Below are positions 1 to 11,419 of a DNA stretch of 64,000 nucleotides, piece by piece. The notes beneath the pieces were generated by a model. It was not told where the DNA came from, did no database searches, and saw nothing but the letters and a program-made list of their open reading frames with translations. Position numbers and translations under genes: made by a program. This DNA comes from TPA_inf: Saccharomyces (Eukaryota). The stretch covers positions 640,001 through 704,000 of the forward strand of contig BK006938.2 of NCBI GenBank assembly GCA_000146045.2. Direction: 5' to 3'. Position 1 is the stretch's first letter, and each line of letters starts with the position of its first letter.

Positions 1-108
1 CATATATATCGTTAATATATAATCTTTGCCTGTTCTGAATCCTTTTTCAACGACCAAAACTTTAAAAAAAATAAGTAAAAATCTTACATACATCGTAAAT
101 GAAAATAC

Positions 109-3100
109 TTAGGATTGTAAATCATCAATTATACTAAATAGACTTTTCAAAACGTTCCTTTTTATGTTCCAATCATAGTTCAAGACCCCTTCACCAGAAC
201 CTAATTTTGTATTCTTCAGTCCATCTCCGTACGCAATTCGAACGAAATCACTTTGTAAGCCACCTGGCACAGAGACAACTTCACCATTCAAATTATTTGC
301 AGCTAAATCACGTTCTTTGACTAGCCTAGAAGTATGTTCTAAATTATCAGCGGCAATCTGCGCGTTATCAATAATTTCCTTTGAAATGCCACACATTGAC
401 GCAACATGCATACCAAAAGAGCCTTCACTTTGTCCTTCAAGCATCTTATACAAAAATGTAACGTTCCTAGTCGCTTCATCGACTAGAATGCTCATTTTCA
501 GTGGTCTTACTTGAGGATGGTGCTTGAAACTTGATGCCAATGTCCCATAATGTGTGGCAAAAAAACCCAGACTTTGAATATGTGTCGCGACATGATGTAG
601 CACACTTTCTGCAATTGCAAAACCATCACTCGATGAACCTCCTCTTCCCAACTCGTCAACAACTAATAATGACCTATTGGTAGCCATGTCTAATATTTTT
701 TTTGTTTCCGCCAATTCCACAAAAAAAGTAGATTTACCTTGCATGATATTATCATTAGCGCCTAAACGAGTCATGATTCTATCAATCGGCGTCAGAACGG
801 CAGATTCACAAGGAACATAACATCCCATTTGTGCCATAATTACGGCAATACATGCCATCCTCAATATCGTGGATTTACCAGCTGCGTTGGCACCCGTTAA
901 CAATCCTAATCTGGGCTGTTCTTTACCTAATTCAATGTCGTTAGGAATGAAGTCCTTTGCTGTAGTAGCGCCGAGGTTAAAGCATGGATGTCTTAATGAT
1001 TTAAATTTCAGAAAACCATTTAATTGAGTATTCGTTTTCGAGTCCACCTCATCTACAATGGTTGGCCTACAAGAGGGAGCACCTAGATATTCAGATGTCC
1101 TTGTAATTGCCAACAAACAATCTATGTTAGAGATGGCCTGTATGGTTGGCATCCAAATTGTATTATAATGCGCATCAAATTTTTGACATAATCTATTTTT
1201 TAGGTCCTCCTCTAACGTCTTGTGTATTTCTTTAGCCTCCGCCATCGATCTTGCTAAAGCTCTTACTTCATCAGAGTAGTATCTCTTGTACGTTTTGTTC
1301 GCAGCCATTTGAACCCAATTTGATGGGACATTTTTAGTTGCAGAGATAGGAATTTCAATAGTGTATATCTCCTTTCCGGAATCTTTATATTGTATATTGG
1401 AACATTTGAATTGCTTCCTATAAGTCATCAGAATTTCCATCAATTCGTCTTCTAGCTCCTGTATTCTATCCATTGACTTATCAAACTCTATGTCAAATCC
1501 CCTTTGTGGTACAATGATATTTTCATTGATTGCTTTTTGTCTTTCAAAAGCATTAGTCCAGCTTTTGACAGCTTCCACAAGTCCCTCAGGGAAAGAGGAT
1601 ATGTATTTTGAAACATCTCCCTTCAAATCGTTGTTCTTTAAAGAGTCTTGTAATTCAATAATCGTTTCAAAAGCGGTAATTACCTTTTCAAAATCTTTCA
1701 CTTTAATTGTCCTACTATGGATACGGGCCAACATTCTTTCCAAATCTGGCAATTTTGAAAATGTTATCTCTAGCTGTTCTCTTAATGTAATATCTTGTAA
1801 CAAAGAGTCAACACTATCGAGCCTGCTTTCAATATCATTCTTACGTAATAATGGATGCATTAACCACTTTTTCATCATTCTCTTACCCATTGGAGTAATA
1901 GCCCTGTTGAATAATTTGAACAAAGTACCCTTATCAGAACCATCAAACGAATTGGAAAATATTTCCAAGTTCTGTAAAGTGATACCATCTAAAACCATGG
2001 AGTGTTGCGATTTTACAAAATCGTACTCTTTGATATTTTTCATCGAAATTAAATTCTTATCCAGTTTTAACCACTTCAAATAATACAATAATCCACCAAA
2101 TGCACTAAAGCCAACTTTTTTACCCGTATCATAATAGGATTTCAAAACCTCTGGCCAATCTTCTTCCGTAGAAAAGTATTCTGATGATATGATTTCAGCA
2201 TAGGTTTTATCGCAGTCATAAAATTCTTCACCGGCTTTAACCTCATTAAAAATTGCATTGGGTGCTGAATTGAATTTTACAATTTTGTTAGCTAGTGTGC
2301 TTAAGTTATTCCTCTCCATGACGACTTCCATAGGTCTTACTTGCGACATTAATGTGTCCAATTTGGTGCATTCACTATCATCTTCAAACTCCAGCATTTG
2401 AAGCTCACCAGTTGCAGTATCAATGAATGCTGCACCGAATATTTTTGTATTCAGCTTTTGCACTATCGTTGATGAATCTAGCTGAGTTTCATTGTAGAAG
2501 TTACCAGGTTCTTCCCTGATGGCAAGACAAAAAGTAGCCAGATCCGAATGCAACATATCTCCATCAGTTAACGTACCCGATGTCAATATGCACTGGAGTT
2601 CTCTTTTAACGATACCTTTAGAACCTTCCCTCATTTCTTTAGCCAACATTGACTCTCTTTGATCCACTTTCGCAACTTTATATCCCATTTGGATAAACTG
2701 AGCGGCCCAATATTCAAATGACATCTCTGGAATCCCAGCTAGTTGCATATTAGCGCGTCCTCCACCTGCAATCTTTAAGTCAAATAATGCATTAGCCAAT
2801 AATGCATCCTTTTCATATAATTCAAAGAACTTACCCTTTTTGAAAAAGACAATACAATCCCACATTTTGGATTTAATTTCCCAATATTGTTTTTCAAACG
2901 GAGTAAACTTGTTCCATGCAGAAGATGGGATGTACAGTGTTCTTGGATCGTACTCTGGATCACTCTTGGGACGGCGCTGAGCATCTCGTTCATCCACTAA
3001 CCATTGATATCGTTCTTCATTTTGTTTATTGAATTTGCTAGACTTAGAAGTCGCTGATGGTTGACTATGAGAAGGATTGTACGATCTACTTGGTGCCTGA

Positions 3101-3837
3101 TTTGGCCTGCTTTTCTTTTTTGAGTTGTCACGGGATATATTTCTTGTAAAGGGCGATGAAGAATGCGAAGTGTTGTATGAAAATTTTTTCTTAGAAGTCG
3201 TTTCTGCCAGAGAGATTAAATCATCGTCATCACCACTATCTTCTGCCAATTCTCCTTTGATGTCCTCTTTGTCGTCTGCAATATCGTCATCTTCATCGCC
3301 GTCATTTTTATCTGGTAAATATTCATCCTCATCGCTTTCACTATCAACTACCTTACCCTTCTTCCGTTTAGCAGTGAATGTAGTATCTGAGTCATCATCA
3401 TCACTTTCGGCATAATTCACTCTCCTTTTGTGATTCCTTCGAGATTGGGAAGATGATAAATCCTCGTCCGTAGTGGTACTTTTAGGTTCTGTCGTGTTAC
3501 TATTTAACATAGTATCAGATTGGGGCTCTTGAGAATGCATTATGTCACTCCTTACAGTTGATACCGTTTCTTCAGCTATTGTCAAATCATTGTCTTCGTC
3601 TACATCTACGAAAAGTTTGCCTGTCTTTCCTCCTTGTGGATTCTTTGTTATCTTATCAGTAGCTGTATTTTCTAAAGTCGCTGGAGTAGGCTTCTGGACC
3701 TTCTTTGACGGTGTGCCAGAAGGTACCTGTTTTGAGAAAAAAGATAACAAACTCGATTGCTTCATTTTCTTTTGAGAAGATGTGGAGCCATTTTCGAAGT
3801 GTGCAGTCTTAGAAGTTTTAGGGGTAGCTGGGGCCAT
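109..3837 (-). CDS. MSH6: DNA mismatch repair protein MutS homolog Msh6
   Basis: 1242-aa ORF. The N-terminus MAPATPKTSKTAHF is followed by a PIP-box-like QSSLLSFF, and a MutS ATPase Walker motif TGANAAGKST lies in the C-terminal domain. The six-frame ORF extends to 3882 only because its start codon there is TTG; the first ATG is at 3837. Confidence 0.95.
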   Translation of the reverse strand: MAPATPKTSKTAHFENGSTSSQKKMKQSSLLSFFSKQVPSGTPSKKVQKPTPATLENTATDKITKNPQGGKTGKLFVDVDEDNDLTIAEETVSTVRSDIMHSQEPQSDTMLNSNTTEPKSTTTDEDLSSSQSRRNHKRRVNYAESDDDDSDTTFTAKRKKGKVVDSESDEDEYLPDKNDGDEDDDIADDKEDIKGELAEDSGDDDDLISLAETTSKKKFSYNTSHSSSPFTRNISRDNSKKKSRPNQAPSRSYNPSHSQPSATSKSSKFNKQNEERYQWLVDERDAQRRPKSDPEYDPRTLYIPSSAWNKFTPFEKQYWEIKSKMWDCIVFFKKGKFFELYEKDALLANALFDLKIAGGGRANMQLAGIPEMSFEYWAAQFIQMGYKVAKVDQRESMLAKEMREGSKGIVKRELQCILTSGTLTDGDMLHSDLATFCLAIREEPGNFYNETQLDSSTIVQKLNTKIFGAAFIDTATGELQMLEFEDDSECTKLDTLMSQVRPMEVVMERNNLSTLANKIVKFNSAPNAIFNEVKAGEEFYDCDKTYAEIISSEYFSTEEDWPEVLKSYYDTGKKVGFSAFGGLLYYLKWLKLDKNLISMKNIKEYDFVKSQHSMVLDGITLQNLEIFSNSFDGSDKGTLFKLFNRAITPMGKRMMKKWLMHPLLRKNDIESRLDSVDSLLQDITLREQLEITFSKLPDLERMLARIHSRTIKVKDFEKVITAFETIIELQDSLKNNDLKGDVSKYISSFPEGLVEAVKSWTNAFERQKAINENIIVPQRGFDIEFDKSMDRIQELEDELMEILMTYRKQFKCSNIQYKDSGKEIYTIEIPISATKNVPSNWVQMAANKTYKRYYSDEVRALARSMAEAKEIHKTLEEDLKNRLCQKFDAHYNTIWMPTIQAISNIDCLLAITRTSEYLGAPSCRPTIVDEVDSKTNTQLNGFLKFKSLRHPCFNLGATTAKDFIPNDIELGKEQPRLGLLTGANAAGKSTILRMACIAVIMAQMGCYVPCESAVLTPIDRIMTRLGANDNIMQGKSTFFVELAETKKILDMATNRSLLVVDELGRGGSSSDGFAIAESVLHHVATHIQSLGFFATHYGTLASSFKHHPQVRPLKMSILVDEATRNVTFLYKMLEGQSEGSFGMHVASMCGISKEIIDNAQIAADNLEHTSRLVKERDLAANNLNGEVVSVPGGLQSDFVRIAYGDGLKNTKLGSGEGVLNYDWNIKRNVLKSLFSIIDDLQS

Positions 3838-4007
3838 TTTGGAGTTCAAATTGGCTTTGTCAAAATTAACTAGTTGCTCCAATTAAAAAATCTTATCTGT
3901 TAGCAAAGAAGGCTCCAAGGAAAAGCTCTTATTAGTTTCAACAGATGTAATTTCAAATATTTTCTCTATATGGCGATGACCTATACATGAATTTATGAAA
4001 AAGTGAG

Positions 4008-4033
4008 ACGCGTATCAGCTACTGCTCACGCGT
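4008..4033. promoter_or_regulatory. Two MluI cell-cycle-box (MCB, ACGCGT) elements 20 bp apart, about 170-200 bp upstream of MSH6
   Basis: ACGCGT occurs at 4008-4013 and 4028-4033. MCB is the MBF (Mbp1/Swi6) binding consensus, and MSH6 is known to be induced at G1/S. Confidence 0.6.
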
Positions 4034-4177
4034 TTATTTTCTCCGGGCAATGGTTGTTCAAAAAGCCAAACTTAACCAGAAGCCATTCATTATGTCACAC
4101 ATATAAAAATGCTTGCATACCATTAGTTGGAAATGGAGACTTTTCTGTTTCAATTTACACTAAATACATCTATTTAT

Positions 4178-5035
4178 TTAAGATTGGAGAGCATGCTGCA
4201 AAAAATCAGGGTCTTCCTCCAAGGATTCCTTGATAATGTCTAAACCGCCTTGAAACTCCCCATTTATATAAAGTTGAGGGAAAGTTGGCCATTCAGAAAA
4301 CTTTTTCAAGTTTTGTCTAACAGATTCGTCTCTTAATATATCAAAGAAGCCAAATCTTACTTGATGTTCTCTCAAGATACCCACAAGTTGTCTCGAAAAC
4401 CCGCATTTAGGTTCAGAGGGGCTCCCCTTCATAAATAACATTACCGGCGCGGCATTGACCAATTTAGTCAATCTAGCGTTTATTTGCTCCTCAGTTTCTT
4501 CTTCCTCTTCTTCGTCGTCATCGTCTTCATCATTATGACTCCCCTCATTTACGTTTGCATTTTCCATAGTATGAGTTTGTGATGATCCGGAATTGACTGA
4601 GTTCTTGCAGTCTTCTAATAAAGACACATACTCCTTTGGATCCGCGCCGGATAATTCTTTTAAGATTGTCCCTTTGTGAATTATGATAAAATATGGAACA
4701 GCTGAGATTTCAAAAAGTTCTGAAATTTCCGAGTTTTCGTCCGCATCAATGGATAAGAAAGAGACGTTGGAATTGGAAGGCTCATTACTAATGGCCTCAA
4801 AAACCTGCTTTAATGCTTTGCATGGTTCTGCCCAACTGGTATGGAAATAAAGCACGATTAACTTGTCGCCGGCCGCAGTGGTAGTTAGGTAAGTAAATTG
4901 CTCTTGATCGTTAATTTCAATAACAGGCATTTCCTGAAAAAGTTTTGCTGCTGTGTAATATCTTGCTTGGTGGCGTTTATAACAGTACGAGGTGTAGTTA
5001 AAAGAAAATGCAGATGGAACCTGAAAAGAACACAT
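4178..5035 (-). CDS. GRX3: Monothiol glutaredoxin Grx3 (thioredoxin-like domain plus glutaredoxin domain with a CGFS-type active site)
   Basis: The ORF is 285 aa from the first ATG. A second in-frame ATG at 4930 (M36, [12 protein letters not shown]) begins the thioredoxin-like domain. The CGFS motif (KCGFS) is present, with an acidic linker. Which start is used cannot be decided from sequence alone. Confidence 0.9.
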
Positions 5036-5152
5036 TTAGTCTTTGAAATATATTTTAATGACCTCTTAGTTTGGCATCTCATGACCCGGCACACATTCTC
5101 TGAAAAAAAAAAAAAGTAACTGATGGTTCAACAGAGAAGCCACAGTTAAAAA

Positions 5153-5224
5153 AGGTCCTACCCGGATTCGAACCGGGGTTGTCCGGATCAAAACCGAAAG
5201 TGATAACCACTACACTATAGGACC
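5153..5224 (-). tRNA. tQ(UUG): tRNA-Gln (anticodon UUG)
   Basis: The reverse complement reads GGTCCTATAGTGTAGTGGTTATCACTTTCGGTTTTGATCCGGACAACCCCGGTTCGAATCCGGGTAGGACCT. It has a 7-bp acceptor stem, A box (TAGTGTAGTGG) and B box (GGTTCGAATCC). A minus-strand T5 run lies immediately downstream, with a longer T13 run about 40 nt downstream. Confidence 0.9.
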
Positions 5225-5239
5225 GTAACAACTGTGTAT

Positions 5240-5501
5240 TGTTGTATTACGGGCTCGAGTAATACCGCAGTGTCTTGACAATCCTAATATAAACAGTCTT
5301 AGGGAAGTAACCAGTTGTCAAAACAGTTTATCAGATTAATTCACGGAATGTCACTTATCTTATATATTATATAAAATATGAATCATACTAAGTGGTGGAA
5401 GCGCGGAATCTCGGATCTAAACTAATTGTTCAAGCATTTATACGTTTGGGTAGTTCAGCTAGGGAAGGCCGTGTTTTATCTCATGTTGTTCGTTTTGTTA
5501 T
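5240..5501 (-). repeat. Ty3 sigma LTR, 3'-proximal 262 bp (reverse orientation), interrupted by the Ty1 insertion
   Basis: The sequence starts tgttgtattacgggctcgag, which is the reverse complement of the sigma terminus. It matches the reverse complement of the intact sigma at 28096-28436 with 2 mismatches over the 262 bp compared (by eye). It begins 15 nt upstream of the tRNA-Gln 5' end, the canonical Ty3 target position. Confidence 0.85.
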
Positions 5502-5835
5502 TGAGATATATGTGGGTAATTAGATAATTGTTGGGATTCCATTGTTGATAAAGGCTATAATATTAGGTATACAGAATATACTAGAAGTTCTCCTCGAGGA
5601 TTTAGGAATCCATAAAAGGGAATCTGCAATTCTACACAATTCTATAAATATTATTATCATCGTTTTATATGTTAATATTCATTGATCCTATTACATTATC
5701 AATCCTTGCGTTTCAGCTTCCACTAATTTAGATGACTATTTCTCATCATTTGCGTCATCTTCTAACACCGTATATGATAATATACTAGTAACGTAAATAC
5801 TAGTTAGTAGATGATAGTTGATTTTTATTCCAACA
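5502..5835 (-). repeat. Ty1 3' LTR (delta)
   Basis: 334 bp. Reverse complement of the delta consensus, running from tgagatatatgtggg to attccaaca. Confidence 0.9.
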
Positions 5836-5844
5836 TACCACCCA
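5836..5844 (-). other. Ty1 polypurine tract (TGGGTGGTA) adjacent to the 3' LTR
   Basis: The plus strand reads taccaccca immediately after the LTR boundary. Confidence 0.7.
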
Positions 5845-5857
5845 TAATGTAATAGAT

Positions 5858-8800
5858 CTAATGAATCCATTTGTTTGTTAATAGTTTAAATGTTTTTATC
5901 GGAAGAGGTTTTGTCATCACATCAGCAATGTTCTTCTTGGTCTCGATGTAGTATACGTATAAATTATTACCTGATACTTCATCTCTAAGTCTCATTGCCT
6001 TTGTGCCAAAAAATCTGTTTCTAAATTTCTCTTCATTTGTAGACTTAATTATACTGATCGTTGATCTACTATCAGTAAGTGAGCCTTTAATAATTGGTTT
6101 CTTGTTAAGTTCTTGCACAAGGTGACTGAGGTTATTCAATAGCGGAATAGCTTCACTGACTGCGTGTATTTCTGCTTCTGTAGTTGAAGTGCATGTTAAC
6201 GAAGCCTTTGTCGACTTTCCTCCAATCACTTTTCCGTTGAGTAGGAAAATGTTACCAATTTGTGACTTGTAATATGGTTGGTTACCATATGAAGCATCGC
6301 TTATTGCGACTAGTTTATTATCTGGCTTGGTAGGTTTGTTTTTGTGCCATATTAATTGTTTATCTCTAGTGTCCCACATGAATTGTATTAACTCATATGT
6401 CATGTCTAAAACTTGCCTAGAGGGGAATAGTATATGTTGAGCAAGTGTGTTGATGTAGTATAGTAAGTCAAATCTAAATTTATATCCAACATATGAAGCT
6501 AGACCAATCAACTTTTGCATTTCATGCACTTTCTCTTTGTATTCATCTTCATCTATTTCTAGTTCATCCTGGTCTATATAATGACCTGGTTGACCTGGAG
6601 CTCTAAGTTTCTTTCCTTTTGGGTTCAAAGGTACGTTTAGTTTGGGTAATTTTTCTGTCAAGGATTTTTCCATACCTAATTTCATGTACTTGCTTCTTTG
6701 ATATTTGATCTCTAATCCAAGTATGTCGTACTGAATTTCGTTATCACCTTCACCCAGATTTATTATCTTTGTATCGTATTGTTTCTTGAGTGTTGTTATG
6801 ATTTTCTTATTTGCATTTAAGTCTTTGCTGAACAATATCATATCATCAACGAATAAGCAAATTGTTACTTGACTATTCTTAAATACGCATGACCATCCAC
6901 GAACTTCTTCCATACCACACTGTTTTATCAGGTATGATTTGATAGTTTCGTACCAGTTCGCTCCACTTTGTTTCAATCCATAAAGTGATTTCTTCAAACG
7001 TATCAACTTATCATTCATTCCTAAATGTGGTGGAGGTCTTATGTATAATTCTTCTTTGATGTCTGCATACAAATATGCCGAAGATATGTCTAATTGTGTA
7101 ATATAGTAGTTATTGTCTAATGCAAGTGACAGGGATGTCATTAATGCATAGTGATGTACGGTATTGGATTGCATGCCTGAGTCGTAAGTGTCAGGATGCT
7201 GAATATCACCTCTTGCAACAAATCTAGCTTTATGAGTACCGTCACGTTTCCTGTTGAAGATAAACATTGAATTTATTACTCTTTTAGGGTCTATTTCTTT
7301 TCTGTCATAATATTTGTCAGTGTCCCAAGTATTCATTTTCAATAGTTGGTTGACTTCTTTGTGGTATGCTTCGATATATTTTTCCTTTTCTTTAATATCT
7401 TTATTATAGGTGATTGCCTCATCGTATCTTAAGGTTGTCCGTATTGGTTTGATTGATTTTACTGCTTTTACAGCTGCAATCAGGTGAATTCGTTTCTTCG
7501 ATCTCGGAGGTTCTAAACTACGCATATTCTTAGTATTCCATGTGTCTCGTGATACCTTAATTTCAGTTTCATTATCTTCTAATGATCTTTTCTTACTGTT
7601 GATAGTAGTATAGGCATTAGAGTCACCAATACCACCCAAACTGGAATTAGTTTGATGAGAATTTATCGGTGGGAGTTCTTTAAATGGGTCAGGGAATTCG
7701 GTAGGAGATTCTGGAGGTAGATCAGGGAGTGGGAGATCAGCGATGATAGATTCCTCGGTATTCTGTTCAGAAACAGTAGTTGGCGTTTTGATAGGAACAA
7801 TATTGTGCGATGAATTATTTTCCGGTGGAGAAGCATCGATTGAAGGTGAACGGTGTATAATCCTTTTCTCAGTCTCTTGGTCACTTATCTGCGGAACAGT
7901 TTTGTTGTTGGTACCACCCGTACTGGATATTGGTACGTTTGTATGATTAGTCTCATTTTCACTGTACGAGTCTGAGTGTCTGAAATCTTTAGATTTACTG
8001 GCGTGCGACGACTCATGTGTGTTAGATTGGGACATGGGAGCAAGTAAAGGAACATTTAATTTATGCATACCACCCGAACCGGTACTCTCGATATTGGAAA
8101 TTTGGGGGGTGCTAGATCTCTTCTTTGATGGAAGAATATTAGATTCAGATATGTTGGGGTCAACTTCTCTGGGTGCGCGAATATTGGTTTTAGAAACACG
8201 TTTCGAATCTTCAGTATGAGTTGACGGAGGTGTGGAATCGGTTGGACTCACAGCTTTTGAAAGGACATTTCTCGGTTGCTCAGGATGTAGTTCAATGTCG
8301 GATTGGAAGTCATGGTCAGATTCTATGTTAAGATCATTGGATTCTTGGATCTCATTTGACGCAATGAACGAATGATATGAAGCAGTTAAACGGTTTAAGT
8401 CTTCATCGAAAGTGAGTGCGTCGTAATTGAATTGATCTAATCTGGATTCCTTGCCCTGAAGAATAACATAGTTAGTTGTATCTACTGTCTTCTTTAAGGA
8501 TGGAAGATAGATGATATATCCATAAGAGTTTCGAGACGGATGTAGAGCGTAGCCTGGGATGCCACGAGGATGTATTTTGGAGTTAGGGTTGTGATCATTG
8601 ACGATAACAGGTTGACCGAAAGGTAACAAAGTACTGATATCAAGTCCTGCCAAGCCAGCATGTTGTCTTGCAGATTTTTTGCTTTTAGGTGAAGCTAGTG
8701 AATTTCTCACAATAGTAGAAAATTCGATTGCAGAGAACCATAAATGGTTCGGTAAACCACTACATTGCAGTTGAGTACGGCAGTCATCTAATAAGGTACG

Positions 8801-9820
8801 GTTTAGCCGTTCAGCGACTCCATGTGCTCGGGAATCCGCTGTGGTTGTATAGCATGGAGTTATACCATTTTTTTCAAGGAATTTATGGAGAGTTCTGTTA
8901 GTATACTCAGAACCACGGTCCATTTGTATAACCAAGACACTGGCCTGAAACTGGTTTTTAATAAAAGCTAGTATCGTAGTAAAAACATCGAGGATAGAGT
9001 CCTCGCGACGGTCGTGTAATGGATAAACCCAACGGAATTTTGTTGTCTCATCAGTAAATGAGATGAAATAGGATGGTGCACTATTTGGTAGGTTGTGAAC
9101 TGGACCAAATATGTCAGTATGTAGGTATTGAAAGGGTTCGTATGAATTTTGGTATTTTAGTCGTGAACCTTTGATATGTCTGTGTTTGGTGCTTTTGCCG
9201 ATTAAACAATCAGGACATTGATAGTCAATAGCACTAGACCAGTCGACATCTGATTCGTTAAAATACGTGATGGTGTTATTTTTAAGTGAGTATCGAATTG
9301 TCTGTGCATTGGCATGCGCAAGCATTCGATGAATGAAAGGATAAGGATATTTGCGTGTACTTTCACTTGTATGGACATTATTGATGGTGGGTACGGAGAT
9401 ATTTGATGGAAGCAAGTACTTTTTAGATACCCAGTAAAAGTCTCCATATTTTACGATAGGTGCAAGTACAGTGCCGTCAGATCGTTCTAAGACGTTTTTG
9501 GTAAAGCATGCTGTGATATCTACTGCAGCCAATTCATTCAAACTGAGTAAGTCATAGGCTATGTTAGGAGTGTGCAATACCTTTATTGATGTTTTGGTGT
9601 TGTCCTGGAAGTGAAATTGTAGGTCACCAATAGCGTTAATTGGTATATTTCTTTTTTGAGCATCAACTACGTTTATGCCAGGATTAGATGATGCTGAGTG
9701 TATGTGGTGAGCAGATCTTATAAGGGTTCGTGATGCTCCTGAATCGAGAAGGAGGTGTCCAGGGAGTTCATCATCAGAATGATTAGTGTGATTTACCGTA
9801 GATTCAGTAAGTTCCTGGCC
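5858..9820 (-). CDS. TYB: Ty1 TYB (Pol: protease, integrase, reverse transcriptase, RNase H), expressed as a TYA-TYB fusion by +1 frameshift
   Basis: The 1239-aa ORF starts at its first ATG, but the frame is open upstream to the frameshift heptamer. Recognisable motifs are integrase HHCC/DDE, the reverse-transcriptase YVDDM-like motif (LFVDDMIL) and RNase H. The TYB frame is +1 relative to TYA. Confidence 0.9.
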   Translation of the reverse strand, partial: GQELTESTVNHTNHSDDELPGHLLLDSGASRTLIRSAHHIHSASSNPGINVVDAQKRNIPINAIGDLQFHFQDNTKTSIKVLHTPNIAYDLLSLNELAAVDITACFTKNVLERSDGTVLAPIVKYGDFYWVSKKYLLPSNISVPTINNVHTSESTRKYPYPFIHRMLAHANAQTIRYSLKNNTITYFNESDVDWSSAIDYQCPDCLIGKSTKHRHIKGSRLKYQNSYEPFQYLHTDIFGPVHNLPNSAPSYFISFTDETTKFRWVYPLHDRREDSILDVFTTILAFIKNQFQASVLVIQMDRGSEYTNRTLHKFLEKNGITPCYTTTADSRAHGVAERLNRTLLDDCRTQLQCSGLPNHLWFSAIEFSTIVRNSLASPKSKKSARQHAGLAGLDISTLLPFGQPVIVNDHNPNSKIHPRGIPGYALHPSRNSYGYIIYLPSLKKTVDTTNYVILQGKESRLDQFNYDALTFDEDLNRLTASYHSFIASNEIQESNDLNIESDHDFQSDIELHPEQPRNVLSKAVSPTDSTPPSTHTEDSKRVSKTNIRAPREVDPNISESNILPSKKRSSTPQISNIESTGSGGMHKLNVPLLAPMSQSNTHESSHASKSKDFRHSDSYSENETNHTNVPISSTGGTNNKTVPQISDQETEKRIIHRSPSIDASPPENNSSHNIVPIKTPTTVSEQNTEESIIADLPLPDLPPESPTEFPDPFKELPPINSHQTNSSLGGIGDSNAYTTINSKKRSLEDNETEIKVSRDTWNTKNMRSLEPPRSKKRIHLIAAVKAVKSIKPIRTTLRYDEAITYNKDIKEKEKYIEAYHKEVNQLLKMNTWDTDKYYDRKEIDPKRVINSMFIFNRKRDGTHKARFVARGDIQHPDTYDSGMQSNTVHHYALMTSLSLALDNNYYITQLDISSAYLYADIKEELYIRPPPHLGMNDKLIRLKKSLYGLKQSGANWYETIKSYLIKQCGMEEVRGWSCVFKNSQVTICLFVDDMILFSKDLNANKKIITTLKKQYDTKIINLGEGDNEIQYDILGLEIKYQRSKYMKLGMEKSLTEKLPKLNVPLNPKGKKLRAPGQPGHYIDQDELEIDEDEYKEKVHEMQKLIGLASYVGYKFRFDLLYYINTLAQHILFPSRQVLDMTYELIQFMWDTRDKQLIWHKNKPTKPDNKLVAISDASYGNQPYYKSQIGNIFLLNGKVIGGKSTKASLTCTSTTEAEIHAVSEAIPLLNNLSHLVQELNKKPIIKGSLTDSRSTISIIKSTNEEKFRNRFFGTKAMRLRDEVSGNNLYVYYIETKKNIADVMTKPLPIKTFKLLTNKWIH

Positions 9821-11126
9821 TAAGATGAAGGTCGTGCTTATTGTTCAATTGAATCGGTTCAGTAGTTGATTTACTGATGGAATCGTTGTCCGTGCTGGGA
9901 GAGTTATTAGATGTGGATACATTGTGAGCCCTGGCTGTTTTCGATTTCGAATTATTTGTTTTTTGAGGATTCCGAGCTATAACTTTGGGTTTGGTTGTAT
10001 TCGTATAGCTGCGAGAATCATTCTTCTCATCACTCGGATTTCTCCTGTAATTAGGTTTGCTGTTTCTCGATCCCTGTTGTTCTTCATAAATAGCATGGAT
10101 ATCTAAGAACAGTTCAGCGACTGTCATATTTAGATGTCGATGACGTGTGTAGCGTAAAAATTTATATTCGCCAGATAGACCTCTCATAATTAATTGGCAT
10201 GCGACCTTGTTATTGATATGAATGCCATTATTGTTCAGTCTGTCGATAATGTTTGTGACTTTTGTTTCAAATGCATCTGCAGGTGTACTGCCATTATATT
10301 GCAAATTTGCCAGGGTCACAATGTCGTTTGCCTCTTGGGTATCAGATTGCATTTTTTCAATACTTTTGGAAAGAATTTTCATGATATCCGTATAATCAAC
10401 GGATAGGATGTCTTTGACCCAGGTAGGTAGGAATTGAGAGGGAGCAAATATTTGAAAAGTGTTATACAAGAAGGTGAGTTCATCATCAGTGATCTGACGT
10501 ACGGGTTTTCCGTTTACTGTCGGAATAATACCACCGAGATTCGAGTTTTGTAAAAATTTGATGTATGTTTTAACCCAATTTGGAAAGTCATTAGGTGAGG
10601 TTAACATTGGTGGTGGTCTGACATATTTTTTAGTGGATGTCATATCAGAGTCCGCTGAGGATGAATCAGTAAATGTATTACCTGACTCAGGTGATGGAGT
10701 GCTCAGAGGCGTTCCAACTGATGATGGATACTGCGGAAACTGTGATTGTGGCCCAGGTGGAAAGTACATAGGCGACATTTGATAAGGTGTATACGGAATC
10801 ATAGATGGGTGTCCGTAAAATGACCAACCAGATGGATTGGCTTGGTTTTGGGTCATCATGCACTGCTGTGGGTACGGCCCATTCTGTGGAGGTGGTACTG
10901 AAGCAGGTTGAGGAGAGGCATGATGGGGGTTCTCTGGAACAGCTGATGAAGCAGGTGTTGTTGTCTGTTGAGAGTTAGCCTTAGTGGAAGCCTTATCATA
11001 TTCTTGAATTTTGGAAGCTGAAACGTCTAACGGATCTTGATTTGTGTGGACTTCCTTAGAAGTAACCGAAGCACAGGCGCTACCATGAGATATATGTGGG
11101 TAATTAGATAATTGTTGGGATTCCAT
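9804..11126 (-). CDS. TYA: Ty1 TYA (Gag capsid protein)
   Basis: 440 aa, beginning MESQQLS...; the start codon lies inside the 5' LTR as in Ty1. The length matches Ty1 (Ty2 TYA is 438 aa). Confidence 0.92.
   Translation of the reverse strand: MESQQLSNYPHISHGSACASVTSKEVHTNQDPLDVSASKIQEYDKASTKANSQQTTTPASSAVPENPHHASPQPASVPPPQNGPYPQQCMMTQNQANPSGWSFYGHPSMIPYTPYQMSPMYFPPGPQSQFPQYPSSVGTPLSTPSPESGNTFTDSSSADSDMTSTKKYVRPPPMLTSPNDFPNWVKTYIKFLQNSNLGGIIPTVNGKPVRQITDDELTFLYNTFQIFAPSQFLPTWVKDILSVDYTDIMKILSKSIEKMQSDTQEANDIVTLANLQYNGSTPADAFETKVTNIIDRLNNNGIHINNKVACQLIMRGLSGEYKFLRYTRHRHLNMTVAELFLDIHAIYEEQQGSRNSKPNYRRNPSDEKNDSRSYTNTTKPKVIARNPQKTNNSKSKTARAHNVSTSNNSPSTDNDSISKSTTEPIQLNNKHDLHLRPGTY
9818..9824 (-). 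other. Ty1 +1 ribosomal frameshift heptamer CTT-AGG-C
   Basis: The plus strand reads gcctaag, and CTT AGG is in the TYA zero frame. TYA stops at 9804, and GGC opens the TYB frame. Confidence 0.8.
11076..11085 (-). other. Ty1 minus-strand primer-binding site (TGGTAGCGCC, complementary to the 3' end of initiator tRNA-Met)
   Basis: The plus strand reads ggcgctacca directly abutting the 5' LTR edge at 11086. Confidence 0.8.
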
Positions 11127-11419
11127 TGTTGATAAAGGCTATAATATTAGGTATACAGAATATACTAGAAGTTCTCCTCGAGGATTTAGGAATCCATAAA
11201 AGGGAATCTGCAATTCTACACAATTCTATAAATATTATTATCATCGTTTTATATGTTAATATTCATTGATCCTATTACATTATCAATCCTTGCGTTTCAG
11301 CTTCCACTAATTTAGATGACTATTTCTCATCATTTGCGTCATCTTCTAACACCGTATATGATAATATACTAGTAACGTAAATACTAGTTAGTAGATGATA
11401 GTTGATTTTTATTCCAACA
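11086..11419 (-). repeat. Ty1 5' LTR (delta)
   Basis: 334 bp, apparently identical to the LTR at 5502-5835. Confidence 0.9.

Larger units (their letters stand above)
5502..11419 (-). mobile_element. Full-length Ty1 LTR retrotransposon (5918 bp) with 5-bp target-site duplication GTTAT
   Basis: 334-bp delta LTRs at 5502-5835 and 11086-11419 have TG...CA termini and look identical by eye. TYA (440 aa) and TYB are intact. The primer-binding site and polypurine tract are present. A 5-bp GTTAT direct repeat lies at 5497-5501 and 11420-11424. Confidence 0.95.

Noticed and set aside
1490-2083. 197-aa plus-strand ORF inside MSH6 (also 3125-3415 and 3542-3775)
   Set aside because: It is antisense to a conserved coding region with a low-complexity translation and no motifs, the typical antisense shadow ORF produced by codon bias.
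109-3882. MSH6 ORF extended by 15 codons (MEQLVNFDKANLNSK) in the six-frame track
   Set aside because: The codon at 3882-3880 is TTG, not ATG. The ORF caller evidently allows alternative starts, and the first ATG (3837) gives the canonical MAPATPK N-terminus and the 1242-aa length.
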